Assembly: GCA_016839765.1 (NCBI GenBank)
Contig: JAEOTP010000043.1
Coordinates: 119,655 to 183,654 of the forward strand
Source: Promethearchaeota archaeon
GTDB lineage: Archaea > Asgardarchaeota > Lokiarchaeia > Sigyniarchaeales > SOKP01
Length of the DNA stretch: 64,000 nucleotides
Direction: 5' to 3'
Under the pieces are notes generated by a model. That model searched no databases and was not told where the DNA came from. It saw only the letters and a program-made list of their open reading frames with translations. Each line of letters opens with the position of its first letter. The stretch's first letter is position 1. Made by a program: the position numbers and the translations under genes. Positions 1 to 8,571 of this stretch are shown here, piece by piece.

Positions 1-760
1 TCTTTACATCAGCATAATCAATATTTATCAATCCACAGTTATTAATTAGGTTGAGAATTTCGCGAATACACCTGATTAACACTTCATCCATTATTTTAAA
101 ACCAGTTAAGATTGGTATTTTTTTATTGAATCTTAAAAGATTATCATTAGGTATTGGGATTAAACAATCAGTGTTTTCAATAATTTCCTTTAATCCAGTT
201 TTTGCTCTATTCCTTCTCTCTTTACCTTCAGATGTAAAAGGAATTGAACAGAATGTAACCACTGTCGCTTTGTTCTTTTTAGCTTCTCTTGCAATGATAG
301 GAGCTGCTCCAGTTCCGGTGCCTCCACCTAAACCAAAAGCTAAAAAGACCACATCTGCTTTTAATACTTCAGAAATTCTTTCTATATCTTCCTCGGCTGC
401 TGCAGCTCCAATACTAGGGTCATTTCCAGACCCTAAGCCATTACATATTTCTTTACCTATTAGAAGTTTCTTATTCGCATTGGAATAATATAAGTCGTGA
501 GCATCAGTATTAATATTTAAGGTCTCAACGAATTTGCTTCCAATATCTTGCATTCTCGATACAGTATTATTCCCAGCACCACCAATCCCTATTACCAAAC
601 TTTTGATTTTTAATATTTTAAGTAAGTCTGATAAATATTTATCGTCATCTAAATTGGAGGTTTGATTTAGTTTATTTTGACGAGCTATTTCTGTAAATCT
701 TGATCTAACTGATATTCTTGATTTCGCAATTTCAGTTAAATCAAATTCCTTATCACTCAT
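1..760 (-). CDS. ftsZ: Cell division GTPase FtsZ (3' end runs off the window; not in ORF track)
   Basis: Manual translation from ATG at 760: ...VIGIGGAGNNTVSRM...NINTDAHDL...GLGSGNDPSIGAAAAEE...FGLGGGTGTGAAPIIA...PFTSEG...IPNDNLL; contains the tubulin/FtsZ signature GGGTGTG. Confidence 0.95.
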   Translation of the reverse strand, partial: MSDKEFDLTEIAKSRISVRSRFTEIARQNKLNQTSNLDDDKYLSDLLKILKIKSLVIGIGGAGNNTVSRMQDIGSKFVETLNINTDAHDLYYSNANKKLLIGKEICNGLGSGNDPSIGAAAAEEDIERISEVLKADVVFLAFGLGGGTGTGAAPIIAREAKKNKATVVTFCSIPFTSEGKERRNRAKTGLKEIIENTDCLIPIPNDNLLRFNKKIPILTGFKIMDEVLIRCIREILNLINNCGLINIDYADVK

Positions 761-950
761 TTAACTAGCCAAGTCTAATTTATTAATATATAATATCAGT
801 ATTATATCAGAATAATATAAGAAAGTATTATTCTTGTATTATAGAAATAATACATCAACTCTTATACACCAGGGAAATTGATTTAAATAGAATTTAAGCA
901 TGGTTACATTTTTAAACCTCTAAAGTAAATAATAATAACTTCAAAGTTTA

Positions 951-977
951 GGACAAATAAAGATACGGACAAATAAA
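951..977. repeat. Short direct repeat GGACAAATAAA x2 (16-bp period) in the divergent intergenic region upstream of ftsZ
   Basis: Copies at 951-961 and 967-977; partial GGACAA at 1080. Confidence 0.5.
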
Positions 978-1152
978 AGAGGATATAATAAATTTACAAC
1001 TTTAAATTGATATCTTTTAAAGATAATATAATTCTTAGAAGATTTGTTAAAATATTTCAATTTGTTCATGAGAATAATAGGACAAGTTATATAAGAATTA
1101 AATTTATAAGATTAAATTTTCATGTGTAAGATAATAAGGGGTTTTAATTAAA

Positions 1153-1395
1153 ATGGAAATTGATTACAATAAAGACAGCAGTAGACCATCCGTAGATAGC
1201 TCAGAAACTAAAGGATCACTTATAAAAGTTAGAGCTATTATAAGTTGTCCGACTTGTGGGTATATTAAGAAATTCAGAAATCAATTTCCTAGAGAACAAT
1301 TAGAGTTAATGACTGTTGCTGTAAAAGTTTTTGATTGGATGGTTTGCTCTAAATGTGGAGAAATACTTAACTTAAATTTAGAGTTTAATATATAG
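1153..1395 (+). CDS. Small zinc-ribbon protein
   Basis: 80 aa, CPTC...CSKC pairs; divergent from ftsZ. Confidence 0.7.
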   Translation: MEIDYNKDSSRPSVDSSETKGSLIKVRAIISCPTCGYIKKFRNQFPREQLELMTVAVKVFDWMVCSKCGEILNLNLEFNI

Positions 1396-1432
1396 TATTA
1401 ACTCATTTTAGTTTTTCTCAAATATTAGATTC

Positions 1433-2743
1433 TTAAAGATCAAATTTAATTTCTCCGTAGGATCCTCCTCCGCCGGGTGTATATTGGATTTCATTATTCC
1501 TAAAAGCATTTATAACAGAAGCAATATTTTTATCAAATTTTTCGATGCCTGTTATCGGTATATCAATTAAAATCGAAAATTCAGTGCCAAATTTTTCAAT
1601 TAAACTATTATATTCATTTAATACAGTTTTACTATTAGCACTTTTAATCCCTCTTACAGATCGAATTATGTCGATTAGAGGAATAGCGTTAATATACGGA
1701 GGGCGATGTTCTGGATGTTTTGGTTTCTCATAGGAAGAAATCGTTTCAATTCTCTCACTCACACCTAATCTAATTTTAAAATTTTTACCAACTGCTTCCT
1801 TACAGCCGGGACAAATCATTTTTTCTTTTGCTACTTGTTTAATGTAATCTATTCTCGATTTTAAAGGATCATTTGAGAAGAATAGAATAAAATTATCAGT
1901 TATGGTATATTGAGAAAAAATCTCTGAAATACCGCTTTTACTTTTTTTAAATAAAATCCTTCTCCTACATTTATTACAAAACATATTATAATATTTTCCA
2001 AGTTTAGGATGTAATCCTACATTGAGTGTTACTTTCCTCCCTTCTTTTCTTCTCAAGGCAAGTTCAATCTCATCGAAGGAGGGATTATCGATATCTAATT
2101 GATTGAATTCTCGGCCTAAAGAACGTGGATCTTGAGAATGAGCATCACTATTACTTAGAAATGTGACATTTTTTAAAGATTCTAAACGATCAGCCAATTC
2201 TGTATTAGCAGATAATCCTAATTCCAGAAAAGTTACTTTTTTTACAGTATCTTGGTAGCAACTTTCTAATGTATTATATTTATTTTGGCGAAATATTGCT
2301 TTAAATGGAGTAAATGCATGGGCAGGTCCAATCAAACCACCAGAGTCGGTTATTAAATCTACTAACTCTGCACCAAATAGATTCACCCTTGGACGCCCTC
2401 CCCATTCATCAAGAATATTTTTAGAGTAAGGCTTCAGTTTATTTTGTATTTGTTTAACAGAATCAAAATTAGGAAAAAGCACCACATGATGGACACTATC
2501 TTTATCTTCAATTTCAGTTTGTAAAATAAACGAGATATCCTTATAATAATATGCTCTATCACTGTTACGCCTTAAGTTTTCTTCTAAATATTTAAGCCAG
2601 TCTGGTTGTAGAGCATCACCAGTACCCAAAATATGAAGCCCTTTCTTTTTACAGGTTTCTCTCATTGTATCTAAATTTAATGATTTAGATACTGCAATAG
2701 AATGTGGTGAATGAATATGAAGATCACAATTAAACAAATCCAT
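1433..2743 (-). CDS. PHP-domain nuclease, endonuclease Q / TIGR00375-like
   Basis: DLHIHSPHS, GTGD, PAHAFTP, ELGLSA, SNSDAHS, GREFN, LGKY, Zn ribbon (CNKC/CPGC), GGGGSYG. Confidence 0.85.
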   Translation of the reverse strand: MDLFNCDLHIHSPHSIAVSKSLNLDTMRETCKKKGLHILGTGDALQPDWLKYLEENLRRNSDRAYYYKDISFILQTEIEDKDSVHHVVLFPNFDSVKQIQNKLKPYSKNILDEWGGRPRVNLFGAELVDLITDSGGLIGPAHAFTPFKAIFRQNKYNTLESCYQDTVKKVTFLELGLSANTELADRLESLKNVTFLSNSDAHSQDPRSLGREFNQLDIDNPSFDEIELALRRKEGRKVTLNVGLHPKLGKYYNMFCNKCRRRILFKKSKSGISEIFSQYTITDNFILFFSNDPLKSRIDYIKQVAKEKMICPGCKEAVGKNFKIRLGVSERIETISSYEKPKHPEHRPPYINAIPLIDIIRSVRGIKSANSKTVLNEYNSLIEKFGTEFSILIDIPITGIEKFDKNIASVINAFRNNEIQYTPGGGGSYGEIKFDL

Positions 2744-2796
2744 TGTAATTCAATTATTTTAATAAAATAAAAAAGTTAAGAAGACTAATGATTTGT

Positions 2797-3852
2797 TCAT
2801 TTAAAACTCATTTCTCTGCATTTATTAGCTTTTTCATACAGATGTAATTTTTCATAACAAAAAGCTAAAGTTTCACAGAAATCTAAATTTTTAGGTTTCA
2901 ATTTAAGAAGTTTTTCAAAATGTTGAATTGCTTTTCTATAATCTCTTTTAATATCGCAATAAATTTCTCCTAACTTCATTCTTGTAGAAGTATTATTAGG
3001 ATTTTTTAGTAAAGCTTTCTTATAATAATAAACTGCTTTATCGTAATCCTGTAATGCATAATAACTAAATCCCAAATTATCATATAATATTGGATCATCT
3101 GGTAAAATTTCTAAAGCTTCTTGAAAGCATGTTATGGCTTCTTTATATTTTTCTTTTACGTTATAAGATAGCCCTAAATCATTTAAAGCCTCAACACAAA
3201 ACGGATCAATCTCTATTGCTCTTTTGTAATAATTTATCGCTAAATCATAATTTTCTAATTCAAAAAGAATATCTGCTAATTCACACCATAAATCAGCATT
3301 ATCAGAATCTAATTCTAATGCTTTTTTATAATAAAGAAGAGCCTTATCATAATCTTGTTGATCGTAAGAAAGTATAGCAAGATTATTGTAAAGTAAAGAA
3401 TCATCTGGATTAATTTTTAAGGCTCTTTCATAGCAATCAGTCGCCATATGATACTGCTTCTCTCCTCTATATAATAAAGCCATATTATTTAAAACATCGG
3501 TATTACTAGGGTCATATTCTAAAGCTTTCGTGTAATATTCTAATGCGTTAGGATAATCTTCTTTATCTTCATAAGCAAAACCAATATTGTAGTATACAGT
3601 AGCATCTTCAGGTTCCAACTCAAGAGCCTTCTCATAATACTCAATCGCTTTATCTGATTCTCCTTTCATTGAAAGAGCTAATCCAATATTATTCCAAACT
3701 TCAGAAAAATAAGGATATATCTCAACAGCTCTTTGATAACACCTAATTGCATTATCAAAATCATTTTCATTATAATAGGCATCCCCTAAATTAATCCACG
3801 CATCAGGATCGTCTGAATCTAGCTCAGTTGCCTTAATATAACGTTCAATCAT
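2797..3852 (-). CDS. Tetratricopeptide-repeat protein
   Basis: About 10 TPR units of the form AWxNLG..Y...A..YY.KALEL.P. Confidence 0.93.
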   Translation of the reverse strand: MIERYIKATELDSDDPDAWINLGDAYYNENDFDNAIRCYQRAVEIYPYFSEVWNNIGLALSMKGESDKAIEYYEKALELEPEDATVYYNIGFAYEDKEDYPNALEYYTKALEYDPSNTDVLNNMALLYRGEKQYHMATDCYERALKINPDDSLLYNNLAILSYDQQDYDKALLYYKKALELDSDNADLWCELADILFELENYDLAINYYKRAIEIDPFCVEALNDLGLSYNVKEKYKEAITCFQEALEILPDDPILYDNLGFSYYALQDYDKAVYYYKKALLKNPNNTSTRMKLGEIYCDIKRDYRKAIQHFEKLLKLKPKNLDFCETLAFCYEKLHLYEKANKCREMSFK

Positions 3853-3921
3853 AGTTTTTGTTTCTTAATTCTATAATTTATAATGAGGGATGCCTATTAT
3901 TTTTTTAGATTTTACTTAATT

Positions 3922-4962
3922 TTATTCTAAAATCATCATTTTATCTTGTTTTTGATCTGTTAATAATATTCTAAAATATTCCTTATTATTCCTAAAAATG
4001 ACTTTTTCCAACTTTCCCTCAACAAGAACAGTTTCTCCTTTAATTGCATGTTCACAGAATCTTCCTCTGAAGGAATTTATCGTAATAATATCATCCAATT
4101 TAATATTTTTTGAAATGCATATATTATTGTAGGCTTTTATGCATTCTATTTTATAGGAACAAGGTGTAAAGATAGCATTGGAGTCATCAGTGATTTTTGC
4201 TTTTAATTTTATTCTTCCCATATTTTTATATGAATAATCATAGTAAGTTCCTTTCCAATCTTTAGGACTTTTTATATATCTTATAAAAAATTCAAATCTC
4301 TTATACATGCCCTGATGGAGTTTCCTTCTCTCACTTTTTAAAAAATTTTCAAATGGTATTCCTGAACCTCCTACTCTCCATCCATAATGAGTGCGGTATT
4401 CTTCTTTGGAATATTTTCTACAATATTTATCTTTTTCCAGGATAATAGCAAGCTTATTTTGGAAATCTCGGCTTATGTCTGTTCCATAAACAATCAAATC
4501 AATATCAGATTGATTTTTGCTTAATCCAACCATTTGTGAACCTGTTATACCGATTGAACCATATGGGAGTAATGAATTCTCGATAAGTAATTCACAAAGC
4601 TCTTTAGAACATTTTTCAAGATGGTTAGGATTAAATTTCTGAGATAATTCTTTATAGTATTCTCGTGGGGTATAAATTTCTTTAATATCCTCATTTTTAA
4701 CACATTGTAGCTCTAAATCGAATTGTTTAGAGAAGAATAAATAATTTGGATGATTATTTCTTAGGAAGGAGAATCTTTCTTGTAAATCGTAGATCTTTTT
4801 AAATTTCTTTCCATTTTTGATTCGATCTCCATCTAGATGAGGATAAAAACGTATAAAACAAATTTTTCGATCAGAAGGGTGATGGACCCCTTTCACATCG
4901 AAAAAAAAGTTATCATTTTTAGTTTCTATATAATCTCCTTCAATTCCTTTAGGAATTTTCAT
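3922..4962 (-). CDS. Predicted archaeal nucleotidyltransferase (Pol-beta superfamily)
   Basis: GITGS-x9-SDIDLIVYG motif; C-terminal VEGKLE OB-like segment. Confidence 0.75.
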   Translation of the reverse strand: MKIPKGIEGDYIETKNDNFFFDVKGVHHPSDRKICFIRFYPHLDGDRIKNGKKFKKIYDLQERFSFLRNNHPNYLFFSKQFDLELQCVKNEDIKEIYTPREYYKELSQKFNPNHLEKCSKELCELLIENSLLPYGSIGITGSQMVGLSKNQSDIDLIVYGTDISRDFQNKLAIILEKDKYCRKYSKEEYRTHYGWRVGGSGIPFENFLKSERRKLHQGMYKRFEFFIRYIKSPKDWKGTYYDYSYKNMGRIKLKAKITDDSNAIFTPCSYKIECIKAYNNICISKNIKLDDIITINSFRGRFCEHAIKGETVLVEGKLEKVIFRNNKEYFRILLTDQKQDKMMILE

Positions 4963-4982
4963 AAATCTCCCATTAGTAATAA

Positions 4983-6086
4983 TTAATATTTTGAAGGAGT
5001 TTTAGATTTGATTTTATATTTTGGTATCTCTTGAACTTTTTTCAATTCTTTCTCAAAATCTCTTTTTTCTCTAAGGAACCTCTCTTTATCTCTTTCTAAT
5101 TTTTCTCTTTCTCTTCTAATAGCATTTTTTTCAGTGTCTATCATCGACTTTTCTTTTACTAAATGCTTATAATCATTATTTAATCTTTTTTGTTTATCTT
5201 CCAAATCACGAATCTTGCGTTCTAATGAATAATAAGTATCTTCCGCTTTAGGAACTTTCCTATTTAGCTCTTTTAATCTTGTTTCTTGTTGTTGTTTCTT
5301 TTTTTCCAAATTTCTTACATCATTTTCAATTTTATCTCTAAAGTTTTCCAAATCTTCTTTTTTTTTATCAATTTCACGAGCTTTAAGATTTAGATCTTTT
5401 TTTTTAATACGATTTTTTTCTTTTTCATCTTTTAATTTTCTTTTTTCATCATCAATCCGGTTTTTTTCATCAAAAATGTTTTTTCTTAGATCATTGATTT
5501 CTTTATTTAAATTATCCCTTTCTTTTGAAAGATGTTTGATTTCATTTCTCAACTCCATTAATTCATTTTCTAATTTTTCAATTGTTCTCTCTAATGCATT
5601 TTCTCTTCTTTCCATTCCAGGTATTTTGGTTTTAATCTCTTTAACACGAACTTCTGCTCTTGCTTTTTCTCTTTCTAAATATTTTTTCTCACTTTCTAAA
5701 GCGTCTTTTAGTCTATCTAACTTTTCTTGATATTTATCTAGGTCGGCATTTTTTTGATCTAACTCTCTTTCTTTTAAACTTAGATTATTTCTATGTTGCT
5801 TTATTCCATTTTTCATTCTTTCTAATTCACTTTTTAACTTTTCACGTTGGTTTAGAAGATTTTTGACTTCAAGTTCTTTCTCTTTTCTCTTTTTTTCAAG
5901 TTCTTTTATATTATCTTGATACCCTTCAAGTTTTTTAATAACCTTTTCCCAATCGCTTTTTTCTCTGTTTAACTTTATCCTTTCTTCCTTTATCTTTTTA
6001 AGTAGTCTTGTATCTTGAATAATTTCGATTTCTTCTTCTGGCGTTTTCTCTCGAATTTGATACTTAGGAATTGGTTTATCATTCAT
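4983..6086 (-). CDS. Long coiled-coil protein with a repeated terminal IPKY-x4-KTP motif
   Basis: K/E/R/L-rich heptads throughout; IPKYQIREKTP at N-terminus, IPKYKIKSKTP at C-terminus. Confidence 0.85.
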   Translation of the reverse strand: MNDKPIPKYQIREKTPEEEIEIIQDTRLLKKIKEERIKLNREKSDWEKVIKKLEGYQDNIKELEKKRKEKELEVKNLLNQREKLKSELERMKNGIKQHRNNLSLKERELDQKNADLDKYQEKLDRLKDALESEKKYLEREKARAEVRVKEIKTKIPGMERRENALERTIEKLENELMELRNEIKHLSKERDNLNKEINDLRKNIFDEKNRIDDEKRKLKDEKEKNRIKKKDLNLKAREIDKKKEDLENFRDKIENDVRNLEKKKQQQETRLKELNRKVPKAEDTYYSLERKIRDLEDKQKRLNNDYKHLVKEKSMIDTEKNAIRREREKLERDKERFLREKRDFEKELKKVQEIPKYKIKSKTPSKY

Positions 6087-6290
6087 GATATTTCTTTAAT
6101 TCATTTAATTTCTTAATTAAATTATATTAATATTAACTCTAAAGTGTTTGCAATTTGAAATTAGGCTCTTTTTGTATTTCTTGTAGATTCTATTTATATA
6201 TTATAACTTCCATTATTTTTATTAAGAAATTACAAAAAATAATTAAAAAACTCAATAAAATTAATAATTCGAATAATTAGGTGTTTTTTT

Positions 6291-6719
6291 ATGGAGTTTG
6301 ATGAAGAATTTGATGAAGAGTTTGATGATGAATTTGATGAAGAACTTGATGAAGAACTTGATGAAGAATTAGAAGAACCTTCTGCAAAAACTCCAGCGGA
6401 AGAGGTTAAAGCTAAAACTCCAGCGGAAGAGGTTAAAGCTAAAACTCCAGCAGTTAAAGCTTTTTCGGCAGGAAAAAAGATTTCAGTTTATTTTATGTCG
6501 ACAATAGGTCCTGGTGAAAAAAAGCAAAAATTACTCATAAACACAGGAAACAGCGTTGGGGATATAAAAGAGACTGTTGCGAATTTATTTGGTTTAGATC
6601 CTGCTGATTTTCATTTATCTTCAGGTGGAATTACCATGGATGAGAGTTCAAATGTAAGTGAATATAACGTGAATGATGGAGAAGATATACTATTAATTCC
6701 AGCAAGTACTGCTGGTTAA
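6291..6719 (+). CDS. Ubiquitin-like (beta-grasp) protein 1 with acidic repeated N-tail, C-terminus PASTAG
   Basis: Ubl pattern SVGDIKETV...FHLSSGGITMDESSNVSEYNVNDGEDILLI (compare ubiquitin TIENVKAKI...[29 protein letters not shown]); AGGTG RBS upstream. Confidence 0.85.
   Translation: MEFDEEFDEEFDDEFDEELDEELDEELEEPSAKTPAEEVKAKTPAEEVKAKTPAVKAFSAGKKISVYFMSTIGPGEKKQKLLINTGNSVGDIKETVANLFGLDPADFHLSSGGITMDESSNVSEYNVNDGEDILLIPASTAG
6297..6451 (+). repeat. Intragenic tandem repeats: degenerate 12-bp units (F/L-D-E-E), then 27-bp units AAAACTCCAGCGGAAGAGGTTAAAGCT x2.4
   Basis: 27-bp units at 6387-6413 and 6414-6440, partial at 6441-6451. Confidence 0.9.
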
Positions 6720-6736
6720 AAAAAATCATTATCCTA

Positions 6737-7546
6737 TTAGTTTTTCTTTTTTAAATTTTTTTCTTTTCTTGATGGAATCAGAGCAATTTCGTCATCATCA
6801 TCAATAGCATAATCTTTTATTTGTGAGTTTTCATGCAATAATATTCCTCCAGAGGATAAAAGAAAATCTTCTAAATTATAGTCAAATAATGTTCCAATTC
6901 TTTCTTTAACACTAAATATTAATTCTGTTGTATCAATTATAATGATTTTTGTTTTTTCACCTGGCTCAACTAATGATCTTATATAAACTCGTATCTGGTC
7001 TTCCTTTTCAATAAAATTTGTAGGAGGTGTATAAATTATCCCCTCGTCAGTCTTATCCCTGTTTTTCAACATATTTTCGATTAATATTTTTCTCTCGTGT
7101 TTATCAAAATACAACATTTCTCTGATAAACATTATTTTATCCATTTTTGATAATTCTAAAAGATTTATTTTTTCTAATTCTTCCCCACTAAACACAGAAA
7201 AAATATATTTATTAATTATTTCCATATTATCATATGATTCATTTGATTCAACATAATCTTCTATTGAAGGCATGACATCAATATAATCCTCAATAAGATC
7301 AATAGGTTTTTTTTTAATCGATTTTTGTTTTTTGACATATTTTTTCTCGCTTTTCCTCTCATCCTCACTACTCGCAGATTGAATAATTGTATAGATAGTA
7401 CTGGTGGATAGTACTGAGACACTACCGATAACTAGAAAGAGAAATAAAGGAATACTTTCTATATGGAATAAGAAAAAAGCCATATAGATAATTACAAAAA
7501 TAATATAAAGGGTTATAATACTTAAAACTCTATTTTTTTTCTTCAT
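6737..7546 (-). CDS. Membrane-anchored Ubl-domain protein (2 N-terminal TM, C-terminal Ubl without terminal Gly)
   Basis: Two hydrophobic segments; C-terminal VYIRSLVEPGEK...SVKERIGTLF...DFLLSSGGILLHENSQIKDYAIDDDDEIALIP is paralogous to the neighbouring Ubls. Confidence 0.85.
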   Translation of the reverse strand: MKKKNRVLSIITLYIIFVIIYMAFFLFHIESIPLFLFLVIGSVSVLSTSTIYTIIQSASSEDERKSEKKYVKKQKSIKKKPIDLIEDYIDVMPSIEDYVESNESYDNMEIINKYIFSVFSGEELEKINLLELSKMDKIMFIREMLYFDKHERKILIENMLKNRDKTDEGIIYTPPTNFIEKEDQIRVYIRSLVEPGEKTKIIIIDTTELIFSVKERIGTLFDYNLEDFLLSSGGILLHENSQIKDYAIDDDDEIALIPSRKEKNLKKKN

Positions 7547-7601
7547 GATTTTTTATTAAATTATTATCTAAATTTCTAATATATAATTTAAAATTTAAAT
7601 T

Positions 7602-7626
7602 CCATTGGAATGAATTTGAAGTTTTT
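7602..7626 (-). promoter_or_regulatory. 25-bp element, left arm of inverted repeat, upstream of the TM-Ubl gene
   Basis: CCATTGGAATGAATTTGAAGTTTTT is the exact reverse complement of 8467-8491; overlaps dyad ATTCCA-T-TGGAAT at 7599-7611. Confidence 0.7.
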
Positions 7627-7630
7627 ATTT

Positions 7631-8302
7631 TCATACACCTTGCATTTTTTTTCTAACTTTAGAATATTTATCTGTATCTAATTGGAATGTAATTCTTTTT
7701 TTTTCTTTTTCAATTTTTATTAATTTCAGTTTTTTTAAAACATATAAATATTTTTTAATTATATTATGATTCTTTTTTAAGTTAGTTGCTATTTCTGTAA
7801 TTTTTAATGCTTTATCTTCCTTTTTCATAAAATTAATTATTTCTTGAACAATAGCCAAATTTAAATAATAATAGAGCTCGTCAAGTTCTGGATTTGAATC
7901 GTATTTATAAATAATTCTTCGATTGTTAATTTTTTTTGATCTAACAAATCGAAATTTTTCCAAACAAGATAGATGCCATAAAGCTTGATTACTTCCGATA
8001 TTTAGAGCATTCATTATTTCATTAATATTTGACGGATTTTTCTTTATGTAATTAAAGATTTCATTCCTTACTGGATGTTCAATAATATTATTTTTCATCA
8101 ATTTTGTTCCAGGAATGATCATTCTCTTTTTAATAAGATTTTTAATGGTAATTTCAATCCTAGCTTTATTGATAAAGGGATTTGATTTTACCCTATTACT
8201 AATAAATACAACAATGTTTTGTATTGAAAAGAATGGTTTTTTTTCTAAATATTCTTTTACTAATTCAAGAATAATAGATTCGACATTATTCATAGAGTTC
8301 AT
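7631..8302 (-). CDS. Winged helix-turn-helix transcriptional regulator (tandem ArsR/MarR-like wHTH)
   Basis: RNEIFNYIKKNP-SNINEIMNALNIGSNQALWHLSCLEKFRFV and a second unit LKITEIATNLKKNHNIIKKYLYVLKKLKLI. Confidence 0.8.
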   Translation of the reverse strand: MNSMNNVESIILELVKEYLEKKPFFSIQNIVVFISNRVKSNPFINKARIEITIKNLIKKRMIIPGTKLMKNNIIEHPVRNEIFNYIKKNPSNINEIMNALNIGSNQALWHLSCLEKFRFVRSKKINNRRIIYKYDSNPELDELYYYLNLAIVQEIINFMKKEDKALKITEIATNLKKNHNIIKKYLYVLKKLKLIKIEKEKKRITFQLDTDKYSKVRKKMQGV

Positions 8303-8466
8303 AACCCTATACTTTTATAATGTTAAAATATTTGGATTTTGTAAATATATATTCTTTCTGCAACATTATTTTACACCTTATATAATTATTAGGCATTCAT
8401 TCAATTTATAATATCATTTCTTAGGCATCCAAATAAGTTTCTTTTTATTTTAAGTTAAAAAACTAA

Positions 8467-8491
8467 AAAAACTTCAAATTCATTCCAATGG
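8467..8491 (+). promoter_or_regulatory. 25-bp element, right arm of inverted repeat, upstream of the Ubl2-E1-E2-JAB-RING genes
   Basis: AAAAACTTCAAATTCATTCCAATGG, 81-105 bp before the Ubl2 ATG. Confidence 0.7.
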
Positions 8492-8571
8492 GTTTTATAA
8501 TATCGTTTTAATGCGATTTTATTAAACTTAAAAAATAAAAAATTACAAAATAAAAAAAAGTCGTGAAATAA

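Noticed and set aside
51-488. 145-aa plus-strand ORF in the track
   Set aside because: Antisense shadow of ftsZ
4983-6086. SMC/Rad50 or ESCRT-III call for the coiled-coil protein
   Set aside because: No Walker motifs, hinge or zinc hook; no Snf7-like pattern recognised
7602-8491. IS or MITE suggested by terminal inverted repeats
   Set aside because: Enclosed gene is a wHTH regulator with no DDE/HUH motif, and no clear target-site duplication
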